NCBI GenBank assembly: GCA_030295235.1
Contig: AP026169.1
Span: 186,001 to 250,000 of the forward strand
Direction: 5' to 3'
Origin: Fistulifera solaris
Lineage: Eukaryota
DNA length: 64,000 nt
The position numbers were made by a program, and so were the translations under genes. The notes under the pieces were generated by a model. That model worked only from the letters and a program-made list of their open reading frames with translations, did no database searches and was not told where the DNA came from. Of this stretch, positions 12,201 through 23,885 are shown one piece after another. How positions within the stretch are numbered: position 1 is the stretch's first letter; each line of letters opens with the position of its first letter.

Positions 12201-12670
12201 GCAGCATCCTCCAAAAGGCTGAACTTCGAGGATGCTGGAAGAAAGCATTCTTTAGAAAGATATGGGATAGGTTGCATGTTGAACGTAAATGGATATCGGC
12301 TGATGACGAGGCAGGGCTTCCTGACATGAAGAGTGATAAACACGGAGACGATGATGATGTGAGCGAGGATGGGGTAGAAGGCGGTGGTTCCTATGACGAC
12401 GATGATGTTGGTGGGGAAGAAGATGACGATGGAGGAGAAAGTGACAGCGACAAAGAGGAAGTACTTGGAGACCAGATGGAAGCTTTGATCAAAGCAGCAG
12501 CAATCTGGCTGACTGAGCAAGATACTGTCACAGATTCGGCTAGGGCAAACGCTCGAGCGTCTAAGCAGCAATCCCGTAGTTTACCGTCCAAGAGACCCAC
12601 AAGCAGCAGCTCCAACCGCGCTCTTGGAGACCAGGCCGTGTCGACTAAAAGGCGGCGTGTGCACTTTTGA
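9267..12670 (+). CDS. Large uncharacterised protein with four Cys/His domains (A-B-A-B); intron ~10256-10322, frameshift ~10705
   Basis: GQVGIRC..C occurs twice and GFPGL.CKHC.G...GRYFP twice. The N-terminus is Q/A/P-rich and the linkers are acidic/basic. Confidence 0.8.
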
Positions 12671-13260
12671 AGGTGTCAATGAACTGCCAGGTATGATAGC
12701 GAACGCGGTGGCGGCTTTACGCCGGTGGAGAAGCAGGGAGACAATGAAAGTCGACGACGCTTTAGTGCATAGTCTCTTCAATAGAAAGTGTAAGCTATTT
12801 GTGATGGGTGACTCGGGGTATCAAACCAGGAGATAGGCGTCATCAGTCATGTTAGCAATCAAAGCGTAATTAAGGGTCGGGTAATAATCACTAATGACCT
12901 AGAATAGTCATTGTCGGTCTTGTCTCATGCGCTATCACTGATGTAGTGGTAATTTTGTCACTTGACTTTAATCGTAAAACCTGAAAGGTTAAACTGAAGT
13001 AAAGGCTATGATGTACACGCTGTACCGAATGATCTCTGTATAATGATGAATAACGCCAAGCTCTTTCGGTTGGAACAAAAGATCTTTCCATTTCCCACCC
13101 GCACGGACATTCGAGTTGGAGCAGTCATTCTCGAGTTATTGTTTCTCATCGTGCATGCATTGCTCTGCTTGAGATCTCTCTTATAGGCATCTTGCAAGCA
13201 GAGAGATAGCTTAAAAGAGAATAGAAATTCACAAAAGTCTTCAGTTTCCTTCAGTTAACA

Positions 13261-14822
13261 ATGTCGGATTCTGATGATAGTTCGAATGCCGGCCCGACGG
13301 AGGAAGACCGAAAAATGAAAGAGATGCTGGCCGAGTGGGATGAAAAAGATGACGACGACGATGTTTACGAAGACTCGGACGACGACGAGGATGATGACGC
13401 TGCCAAGGCCAAGAAGATCGCTCTACTGAGCGCTGCTGCTGACTCTGAAGAAGAGGAGGAGGACTCCGATGAGGACGAGGAAGAAGACGATAAGGGAGAC
13501 GATGGTGACGAGGAAGAAGACGATAATGGAGACGATGATGACGGGGAAGAAGACGATAAGGGAGACGATGATGACAGGGAAGAAGAAGAGGAGGAGGAGG
13601 AGGAAGAAGAAGAAGAAGAAGATGAAAGTCAGGAAGTAGAAGAGGAGGAAGAGGAGCAACCGGCGGCAGAGGAAGAAGTATCTGAAGACGATGAAGTTCC
13701 AGTTGAAAAGAAAAAGAAAAGACAAAAAGGAGAAGAAGGAGAAGAAAGAAAAAAAGGAGAAGAAGGAGAAGAAGAGTAAAAAAGACAAGAAGAAAGATTT
13801 CGATTCTGATGATGAAGCTGATGAAGAAGAAACTGTCGACAGAGGTGAAGAGATTGTAGATACCTTGAAAAGAAACCCAAGAAGAAGAAAGAAAAGGTCA
13901 AGACGAAGAAGATAACGGATGTAGACGAAGACGACGATGAGGAAGCTATCAAGATGAAGCAAATGATGGCAGGTTGGGACTTGGCCGGAGATGATGACGA
14001 TGATGACGATGATGAAGACGCAAGTGACGACACCAGTGAAGAGAGCGAGCGTGAAGTCATTCTTGACGACAACGTGCTCGATCATATCGTCCTTGCCGCA
14101 CCTGACCTCGACGACGCTATCAAAGAGTTTAAGAAAAGAACTGGAACCGAACCAGTCGTTGCTGGAACCATCAAGGGCCTGGGTATCAAGTGCGCTCGTG
14201 CCTCTTTTAATGATACAAGTTACATCGAGATCATCGCCCCGGATCCAAAAGGACCGGGTCCCATTGGTGAACTTCTCAAGTCAAAGGCGATCACTGAGCT
14301 GACTCCTTTCCACTATGCCATCAGATCGTCTAAAACTGAGACCTTGAAGGATGAAGTAAGCCAGTTCGGCTACACGCCAGACCATATTACTATGTTTGGA
14401 GCTAAGGCTGATGGCAGTCCTCGCAAGTGGGAGATGCTGTACTTGTACGGCCACAAGATGGGCGGTATCTGCCCCTTTTCATTAACTGGAACAACTCAGA
14501 CCACCCATGTGCTACGCTCCCGGTTGTGGGCAAATTGAAGAAGTTTACTATTCGCGCTCCTGAAGGCGATCCTGTACATGAACTACTTGAGCACGCTGGA
14601 GTTGACTCTATCAATATCGAGACAGGTAAACCAAAGATTTCTTTCCAATTTAGCAGCGCAGAAGGAACAGTAAAGTTCTCTGCTAGCAAGGCCGTAGGGT
14701 TCAAATTCCCTGGCTTTGAAGACGAGGACGGAGAAGATGCTAGTGATGAAGACATGGAATTCGAGTCTCCAGCTGCGCCCGAACTTCTTCCTGTTGGTGA
14801 TATCGATGATGATAGCGAATAA
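13261..14822 (+). CDS. Acidic/Lys-rich low-complexity N-terminus fused to a glyoxalase-like (VOC, Glyoxalase_3-type) domain; apparent frameshifts ~13727, ~13870, ~14480
   Basis: LDHIVLAAPDLDDAIKEFKKRTGTEPVVAG..YIEIIAPDP..PFFINW..HP. The ORF pieces join across A/T runs. Confidence 0.75.
13481..13590 (+). repeat. Coding minisatellite, ~30-bp unit x3, within an acidic GAN-rich tract
   Basis: GAAGAAGACGATAAGGGAGACGATG.. is repeated and encodes EEDDKGDDGD-like units. Confidence 0.7.
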
Positions 14823-14906
14823 AGTAAACGTAATCTTGCCGGTTCTTTAATGATACTATTTTACCAATATTCTATAGAAAAATTTGCGCCCTCCAAGCAA
14901 ACAGTC

Positions 14907-16788
14907 TCAACGGTTCCACCAAAGCTCATTTGCATCAAGGTCGCGGACGCTTTCGATCCGTTTCAGATAAATCTTGCTCTTTCGAACGTGGTTATACGTT
15001 GCTTGACGACTTGGAGGCAGCTCTTCAACCCCAACTTCTTCAAACCCCCGTTCCAAGAACCATTCCATCGTTTGCGTGCTAAGCACGAAGATAGAGGTGC
15101 ATCCATGCATGACGCACATCCGTTCCAGATAACCTAGCATGGCATCACCACGACCACCTTTTCGGTACTCGGAATTCACTACTAAGCAGCCAATTTCGGC
15201 ATAGCCTTTTTCAAACTGTTTTAACTGGCCACATGCCACGATGAGGTTGTCACGGGTATATACATAGTACATTTCAATGTCTTTTTCGAGGACATTCTTT
15301 GGACGATCAATAAGTGTACCCATTTTTATCAGAGGTGAAATCAATTCATAAATCCCGCTCACATCATTCACATTTGCTCTACGGATACCTTCATAAAGGT
15401 CTCCGGAAAGGAGAGTCCCACTTCCGTCCCGCGTGTATAACTCTTGCAGGACTGAGCCATACTTGGGAGAAATGATGTGAGCTCGCTTTACCCCGTTCTC
15501 GACCGCTTCGACAGACCATCCTATCTTGTGCAGCATATCAACCGTTGATGGATCTCTACCGGCCATACGATCGCTTATTGTCGAGAATCCTTTTTTATTA
15601 ATCGCGAGGCCTGAGTAATCGAGCAATGCTTTGGCGTCTGAAAATCTCAAACTCTGAATCTTTTTGCCATGGACCGTGCTTCTCAGTTCGGTTTCTTTTT
15701 CGGTAAAGAAAATGACTTTACTGGCTTTCATTGCCCCAGCAACAGTTGCCGCCAAACTTTCTGAACATACATTGAAAACTTCCCCCGAAGGACTGACCCC
15801 CAAAGTGGTTAGAAGGCAAATGTCACGATTGTCGTGTAGGCGTTTGATTTTATCAACTTCCACTTTCCGGACGAAGCCTGTGTATCTAGAGAAGAAACAA
15901 CACATAATGAGAATGCCGATGTACAAGCGCTACGAGAAATATCGGCCATACGTACTCGTAATCAATCCCATCTAGAATACCTAAAGGCTGCGCGGAGTAA
16001 AAGTTACCCGAGACGACATTGCCATCCATTCCCGAGCTCTGCAGTCGCAGTGCCCGAGCCAATTCGCGCTCCACCTCAAATCGAACGTATCCAGCTTCCT
16101 CTTTCACAACTCGGAGTGTATCTTTGTCGGTAACTCTGACACCGGCCAAACGATGTTTTTCGTTCAATCGCTTCTCAATCTGATGTCGGCAGCCTACTAC
16201 CAAGACGACCTTCATACCCAACAACCAAGTCAGGGCGATGTCATTCATGAGATTCCGGAAAATCGCCGGGTCTTCTAAATCCAGAAGACCACCGGGGATA
16301 TGGTAAACGGCTAGAGTATTTCTATGGTTGGCGATATAGTTGGCACTGCCACGGAACATGGAAACAAAGGGCAGGTGTCGAAGCTGTTCTGCGACATCGG
16401 GGTCGATGGGGTCGGCAGGCGTATGGATAGTGACGATTTCTATTTCGCTGGGATCAATAGATAACACAGAAGCTAGAACAGATTGGTATGATCTGCTTTC
16501 TGTTACATTCAAACCGTTCGATGAGTCGGGCTGACCATCTTCGTTGAAGAGGGGGAAAGCGACACCGCCGACTGGTACACTACTTTGACTCGTTTCGTCT
16601 TTTTCGAAGTTACTTGTTTTTGATAATAAATGCCCCAGCCTTTCTCGACAATGAAGCGATAAAGCTCGCGATCGAGGTGAAAACCCATGGACAAAACAGA
16701 TCCACGAGCACGAGAAATAAAAAAGTCTGAGGAGTCGAACATCCAAACTTCTCGGCAGCGAAGCTAGTGTCCCTCGTCTTTGTGTCAT
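14907..16788 (-). CDS. argA: N-acetylglutamate synthase (AAK + GNAT domains), likely plastid-targeted; intron 15955-15886
   Basis: FVSMFRGSANYIANHR, GIDYE|YTGFVRKV, GVKRAHII..ELYTRDGSGT, and GNAT AEIGCLVV..GRGDAML. The N-terminal hydrophobic stretch ends VHG-FSP. Confidence 0.92.
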
Positions 16789-17501
16789 AAGCAGCTGCTT
16801 TTGTGGCTTAACCTTTTTTTGAGCAGCGAAAACGCCTCCGCTTGATGTAGTCAGGAATTGATTGAAATTGCAAAAGCCGAAGCGGAAGTTTCAAAAAATC
16901 TCCTTTATAAAATATTAACACAAACACTAAAATTAACACATATATATCCTTTTGCAGATGCTGCAGTTTGCGAAAGCAATCGATTAGCACGTTTCGTAGA
17001 CGTCGTTACGGGTCTTTCCATTAATTAGCTACAATCGCCGCAGCGACACTAGATTGTTATGTTAAAAACAAAAAGTAACTCTTGATCTTACAATATAAGG
17101 TACAGTCATTTCGGGCATGGATAAGGTCCAAAATCGAGACACACAGCAGCGGCAGCGTGGATCGATCAACCATCATCCATCATGGTGTTGAGCTCCAGTG
17201 CTCCAGTACAAAATGTACGTGCCATTTTCGTCCGACTTCGACTGGAGGCGCAGTGCGTTAACGGGTTAACGATGAAGTGTTGCAGCGACTGTTATTAGCA
17301 TCAACAATAATCTATTAACATCGAAACATCCAACAGAGATCCCTTCGATATTGCAGTTACCCTTCGTTGAGTCCCTAAGGTAAATCAGGAGCGCTCAAGG
17401 TCCCTGTAAAGGAGAGCTGCGGTGGACTCTTTGAAGGGACTTGGGTCTGCTCCGCCTATCATTCCATTTGCTATTGTTCGTTTGTAGGGAAGCAATCAAG
17501 C

Positions 17502-19415
17502 ATGCCTCGAACTACTGATTTGAAGAAAAAGCAGTTCGGACAAAACTTGAATAAGCTGGTTGTAAAACCTCCTCCGGTGGTGGGTAGTGGAAGTGGCGTT
17601 CAGCGCAACGGGCTGCTTCTGTTGAGTGCTACGAAGAAAGAAGGCGGACTTCTTTCGACACCGTCCGTTGACACAAACGCAGGAGCTGCGGCAAAGTTGC
17701 ACGAGTCTATGATCGTATCGACTCATGATGCACTTCTATCAGCTGTAACGGGGAAGGTAGAGAGAGATTCGAAACAGTTAGACGCTTGGGGTGTAGCTGA
17801 TAAACAAGAAACAGAACCACTTACGCATCCACCAGCACCGACTGCAGCTCCAGAAATTCAGGAAGTGAAAGTTACGGAAACTATTCAGGCGGAATCTACA
17901 AAGCATAATGAAACTTCTGGTTTAAACTGGGATGACTATGGTGGGCGTGAGACGGACTCAAACAGACAACTGAAGCAAGTCACGGTGGATGGCGATCTCG
18001 ATCAACAGGCTTATATGTCAAAGCTAGCCAAGGAACGCGCAGCACGATTAAATACCGAGGAATTGATGAAAAAGCGAGAAAATGAAATACGGTCGGCGGC
18101 GCGGTTAAAGGAGCTAGATGACAGAAAGGAAAAAGAGGCGCCGGCTATAACCCGCTCTATTTGGGAGCCAAAGGAGCCAAATAGAGGAGAGAACCTTTTC
18201 AGCGGACAGCGAAACCATCAAAACTCATATCAGAGTGGAGATTCTTCAATTAGTCACGGGCGGCAGTCTGAGGGCCCAGTCATTCATCTCTCCAGCTATG
18301 AAGATCGTGATAGGGGCGAAAGTCAATTATCTTCTGGTCCTCGGATGTTGTATGACCCAAAAAGTGGAAGTATGATAGCGGTGAAAATTCCAGAAGAGAA
18401 GAAGAAGCAACTAGTCCGCAAACCAAAGAAAGATAAGAAGCTTGAAACGAGGGAGGATTTAAAGAAGCCCCTCAAGATCAAGAAGGAAACATCCAAGCAG
18501 CAAGGAAAAAGTTTCCGCGCACGTGCGGCGTTCTTTATGAGCGCGATGCACTGGGTCAAATACGCTGTGCTGACGGTTGTGAAGGCGATCTGGGCTATGG
18601 GGCACATAGTGTTCCTGGTGGAAAGGTTAAAAATCCGGATGCTTACGCAGAGCTCATGAAGGCACAGGATGCAGAAAATGGGACGTCGACCTACAACTCT
18701 AGATCGTTGCAATTGCTAGGACTGAAAGGCTCTAACATGGCCCTTCAAACAGGTTTGATGGGCACACATGATGACCATGAATCAAATCTCCTTGCGATGA
18801 ATTCTTTCGATCTAGTTACAGCTGATGACAAGCTTGAGCTTGTAACCGGGGTAGATGATTCTCCAACCTTAAAACCGACAGCAAAGGAATGGGCTCCCAG
18901 TCAGGCTGCAATAGCTGCTATTGTCGCTTCTAGAAGTAAAAAATCCAGAACCTTTTGAAGATAGTGATGATGAGGAAGAGGAAGACGACGGTTATTTGGT
19001 CGATGGCATAGGAGGCGGTGGAGATGATGGCCCCCTGGGCCTTGGATTTGATCCAACTCAAGACATGGACGGACTATCGCGATCTCCGCCTCGTACGGCG
19101 GAAGACACTGACCAGTTGGCGGCTGCCGTCGACTTGGAGTCACTAAAGATTGACCCACCCATTTTTAGTTTATCATCTCAAGGTGGACCTCTATCCGCGC
19201 AAAGCAATATTTTCGCCTTTGGGACATCGAGCACATGGGGCACCAAGTCCGGTGATACGAATGGTGACGATTGGGCGATGCCTACGGGTATTAGTGGTGC
19301 TGGTGCTGGATTGTTTGGCGGTATGAATGCTTTCGCCCAAAATAAAAATGACCCAACTGGTCACACATCGCCGTTCCTTGGCGGAGGGACATGGACGGCA
19401 CCAACACAACGATGA
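17502..19415 (+). CDS. Largely disordered protein with a PAM2-like motif; apparent frameshifts ~18510, ~18945
   Basis: Three consecutive ORF pieces join at A runs. It has a coiled-coil segment and SPTLKPTAKEWAPS at ~18860-18900. Confidence 0.65.
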
Positions 19416-19849
19416 TCTGACAACGTAAATGGATTCGCAACCACAAGTGTTTAGTTTTGAAGTGTTTCGTTCTTGAAACAGTTCGTTATTTTGCGAGAGA
19501 ATTTGCGGCTAGACAGAGTCAACACATGCCGCCATGGCTGCGCCTAGCATGCTTTCAGACTAAAATCAGGGCAAGTCACTAGTGACTTCTGCTTTTATAT
19601 AATTTATTAACCATCTGGTAAGCAGCACTGCAGTCACGGTTGCAAGAATCAAGCGCAAGCTAAAGGGTTGATAGATAGGACTTAGTTACCGAGTACGATG
19701 TCTTACATCGATATTAGCTCACCTAGGTTAGTATTCGTGGAGAGAATCGCTTTGCGAGCAAGTATTGCAATACAATAGATGAACGAGAGCTCTACATTAG
19801 TTCGTGACGTTTTAATTACATCCATTACTCACGAGCATTAGTTAATCGT

Positions 19850-20586
19850 TTACCAGCCTCCGTCGTCTTCAAGCTCACCAACGGATTGACGATAAGCTTC
19901 TGCCTGCCAAGCGGCTGCAGTATCTAATTCATACGGTTCAGACACCAATACTTCATCGTCTGCGCATTTCGCGAGCTGAATACGGGGTGAGGCACGGCAA
20001 TCACGGAAAAAGAGGATTTTCATGCAATCTTCAAGAAGAGCCCGAGCTTCGCCTTCTGTTAGGTCGGGTCGCCACTTCTCTCGCAACAAAGGCATCGCCA
20101 AGTAAGCTCCGAATCCTGTGGCAATAAAGTTGTCGCGGACTGTAGTACCAATTTTGTCCACGCTCCCCAAGAAAGGCTTTCCTTTCAGATCTTTTCCAGC
20201 AACCAATAACTCGTTCCAAAAGGGTTGAATTTACTTCGGCGACTGTAAAGGAGCATGCGAAGATAATTCCAAGTATTTTCCGCGGTCATGCCGCTTTCTT
20301 CCGTGTACAACGAGTCCATGACACTTGTAGTAGTTTCTTCCAAGGCCTTGGCCTTGAGAATTTCCAGAATACGCTGAAAGTCCGAATATTCACCAGATGC
20401 GCCGATTACAGTCTTTTCCACGGCATGTAGACGAGGAATGTTTTGAGCCTTTGCCATACTACCGTACGAAAGCAACGTATCAGCTGCTAACAGCACACCT
20501 TTGTCGTAAACGATACCCAAAACGGAAGTTCCTGTTACCATCGGTTGCACAGTGTGTTGACGCGAAGGAACAGCGGCCGGGAGCAT
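19850..20586 (-). CDS. PSMB4: 20S proteasome subunit beta type-4 (beta7/Pre4); frameshift ~20220
   Basis: TVQPMVTGTSVLGI..AADTLLSYGS, SGEYSDFQ, YSRRSKFNPFWNELLVAG, IATGFGAYLAMPLLR, RDCR. Confidence 0.93.
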
Positions 20587-20807
20587 TGTAATCAGATAGA
20601 GAAGGGAAAAGAGTCGAATGGTAGAGGATGCGTTAGCTTTCGAGTATCACTTTGTTCAAGAGAAAAGATATCTATTACAGTATTCACTTTCTAAAAGTAA
20701 TACTATGTTCTTGCTGATGCTGCGGAATGCGCCGGCATCTTTCGGTCGCCTTCAGTGAACATCATTGGGACCAGATGATGACGATGCATGCGTGACTGAA
20801 CATGGGG

Positions 20808-20880
20808 AGATGGTACGACACCGTCCGTTTGCCCATCCAAGTTTTTCGTCTCAGGACTTAGAGGTGTGGCTTTTTCACTA
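20808..20880 (+). repeat. First copy of a duplicated flank + hAT left end; interrupted by an insertion and continued at 25684-25755
   Basis: Matches 25756-25830 (AGATGGTA.GACACCGTC.GTT.GC.CATCCAAGTTTTTCGTCTCAGGAC..TAGAGGTGTGGCTTTTTCACTA). Confidence 0.85.
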
Positions 20881-21179
20881 GTGCCTGAAAGCTTCACCGG
20901 CCCACTACTGGGCTTGATGGGCTCCATTTTTTAGTGTGGACCTTTATGTACCCTATGGGGCCCAGGGCCTTTTAGGGCTCGATGGGCTTATGAACAGGCC
21001 CAGTACAAATTGCACGTAGGTCTCTACGTGCTTTCTTTTGTAACGCCATCGTCGCCGGATCGACGCGGCGCCGTTTTTTTTCTGCAAAAAAAATCGTTAT
21101 TCAATCGAAATGAAAACGCCGATTCATTTCCATCTCATGATCCGGTTTTCTTTTATAACAAATAAAACATGACTTAAGC

Positions 21180-22614
21180 ATGGAAACTGGAAACGATGCC
21201 ATTAGCCGCGCCGATCTGAACGCTGCGTTCAAGAAGGACTATCCCTGCCTCATGAAAAAGAAAGCTTGTCTTCCAGTAATCATCGTCGGCTCCTCGGATA
21301 AAGGAAAAGGCAAATGGCTCGCCGAATTTGTCAATTTAGACGGAATAAGAAATGGCGTAACGCAAGTGGCTTTATCAAAGCAACTCAAGAAGGTCACAGA
21401 TAAGGATTCTCATCCTCTTGTGAAAGAAGTTGGCGAGGATGACGAAGACGCGATCAACAAAGAAGAAACTGTTAGTACATTTCTTGTTGCTGGGTACACC
21501 CAGCCTGAAACGTCATCGAGTCCGAGCTTTCAGGAATCGGAGGGTAGCCTCGATGCAGCAGAGACCAGTCTATTCGACGATAACGTTTCACAGGAAATTT
21601 CAGGAGTCCAAGATGGCACAGAAGAGGAGGTAGAACACGAGACACGAAACGATTTAGATAATGAGAGTGAGGATGAAGAGGAAGATCCTGACTTAGAAAA
21701 TGAAGAAGATCTTTGACCATATCGTCCAGATGACGAGGAGGGTGAAGATGATGGAGATGACTTGGAATTTTAGAGCTATTGCAGAAGAACAACCGGCGGA
21801 GGATAAGCACAGAGAGAAATAGAATCGATGCTTGACCAAAAAAGCAGCTCTCATTGAAATGGGGTCAAATGTGAAATGCAATCCGCCCAAGCACCAAGGC
21901 AGTGATGGAGGTAGTCAGGTTCAACAGCGCAGAGCTCCAAGGCGTACGGGCTATGTTGTTGCAAGTAATCGTGATAGAGATCATGACTATGCCGGTTGGG
22001 AAGTTGAATATGAAGACGAACCCGTCAAATTTGTGAAATCGACTGAACTTATTTCCGTGAAAGACGATCGAGTCTTTTAGTGGACTTATGTCGACGATGT
22101 TTTCCCATCAACCCAGTTTTGCCTTTCAGAGAAACTGGGGTTGTTGGATATAACTTTGCCGCATTTAAAAAGGAAAATCTGGATACACCAAAGACGACTA
22201 CGGTTTTCCATTTCTCACCCTGTTGCAACACCTTTGGCCATCGCCCGCAAATGGGGATGAGTTCTCTCACCCGTCTTGACAACAGTATGTGGGACGTCGT
22301 TGTGACTGCTTATAAACGCAACCGAGCCACAACCATCCGTGCTCCCGAGCACATCGATCTAACGACTTCTTCTGATGGGGAAGCAGAGGCTCCTTTCACT
22401 ACAAGAAGCTCTGTTTGGCGTCAATGGTGATGCGGATGACACGGTGGGAGAAGAAGGTGTCAGCAATGCCGAGGAGCATGAAGTTGCTTCTGTAGCCTCC
22501 ACCGCAAACAAGAACGTCACCGAAGCAGTCGATAGCGAAAGCGATGACAGCAGTGTCGACTACGGCTTGTCACAAGACTTTCTTCTCATGGCGGAGATTA
22601 TTGGAGAGGAATGA
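21180..22614 (+). pseudogene. Disrupted, internally deleted transposon ORF
   Basis: A chain of frameshifted ORFs lies inside the TIRs. Across frames it reads WTYVDDVF..FRETGVVGYNF..YGFPFLTLLQHLWP, reminiscent of the piggyBac-type transposase N-terminus. No DDD core was seen. Confidence 0.5.
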
Positions 22615-22717
22615 AGAACCTTGATGATTGATGAGGTAGTAAACTACGTACTGGGGTATATGAAATTCAATAAGTAGTCACTATAACCTTTTGTGTACTA
22701 TAATTTTCGGTTCCTGG

Positions 22718-22881
22718 TGAACGATCTATGTCGTTCGTGATTAGATCTGGCGAGTCTTAGGAGATAGCGAGCCAGCCTGGCTTTAGCGATCCCTCGCCAA
22801 CTGAATGGCTTGGAAATGCCAAGAGGCATGCGTAGCGATAACCTTTTATAATTTCGTGTTTTTCCTTTGTGAGACCTTGCA
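22718..22881 (+). repeat. 5' LTR (164 bp)
   Basis: TGAACGATCT..GACCTTGCA; differs from the 3' LTR by one substitution and two small indels. Confidence 0.95.
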
Positions 22882-22941
22882 CTATTCGAATAGTCGCCTA
22901 AGAAGCAGAGGAGAGACTTCAAAGATAGCTTTAAGATTCAA

Positions 22942-23865
22942 GATGTCGCTTAACAGCAACAAGAAGATGTCGACGGTGGAGTCGCGTGTGCGTGAAGTAT
23001 GAGTGTGCTTTCAAGAGCGAGGAGATGGAAAAGAGAAGTTGATTCAGCGATATGAGACCTACGACAAGAAGGAGACGGTGCCTAAGTTTTCAGGACGCGA
23101 AGGAGCCGGAAGGTTTGGTTTATGTTTACAAACGGTTCAAGAACGTGGCGAAGGAGTTGAACTTTGAATCAGGACCAGAGTTGTTTAGTGAGTTCTCTAA
23201 GTGCGTCACGTCGACGGCGGAAGATAGTTGGCGGTGTTGGTGGAATTGATGACGGAGAATGTTGAAAGGACCCCAGCTTTGTTCGAACAAACCTATCAGG
23301 CATTGTTGGCTAAGTATTGTTCGCCGGACACTCGTGACGTCCTAGTTGATTATCTACGGGCGATTCCTGCAAGAAGCCGCACAATGCGGATGTTCGAGTT
23401 CACAGCGAGCGCATTCGCATCTTGTGTAACTTGGCTAACAACTTGCCGGGGACGATTCCCCTTTTGAATGAAGCGATGCGTAAGAAGATATTGCATGATA
23501 CCTTTCCGGAGCAGTGGCAGTTGGAATTCTCGAAGTTTCGCAGTTATGCTCAGGCGACGGAAGAAGAGTTGGTTGAGTACATGTGCATTGAGAAGACATC
23601 AGCGGATAGCAGAGAATCTCGCAAGAGAATGTTTAATGGTCATGCAGGTGGTTCCCCTTCTCAACGCTGGACGCTTTGGAGGTCGAGGACCTGGTCGTGG
23701 AATCGGAAATAATGGTCGGTTTGGAGGTCGTGGTTCTAATCGAGGAAATTTTTTTGGCAACGGCTTTAACAATCATGGCCATCAGAATCGCGGTGGCGGT
23801 TTTAATCACAATAACCATCAAGGGTCGAATGCTTACGGACAAGGAAATAATAATTATCAAAAGGT
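22942..23865 (+). pseudogene. Gag-like ORF (frameshifted) with an RGG/Asn-rich C-terminus
   Basis: Located just after the 5' LTR; helical ORF pieces followed by GRFGGRGPGRG..NNH low complexity. Confidence 0.6.
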
Positions 23866-23885
23866 AAACTTGTCGCTTTGATAAA

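Noticed and set aside
13423..14085. 220-aa hydrophobic minus-strand ORF
   Set aside because: Antisense shadow of the GAN/AAG-rich acidic coding tract.
19850..20586. Pseudogene or programmed frameshift in proteasome beta7 and other conserved genes
   Set aside because: The proteins are well conserved on both sides of homopolymer indels, so sequencing error is more parsimonious.
20770..20800. Possible box C/D snoRNA (ATGATGA..CTGA)
   Set aside because: The boxes are too close together and there is no recognisable guide sequence.
20703..20927. 74-aa minus-strand ORF
   Set aside because: Crosses two transposon junctions, so it is a chance ORF.
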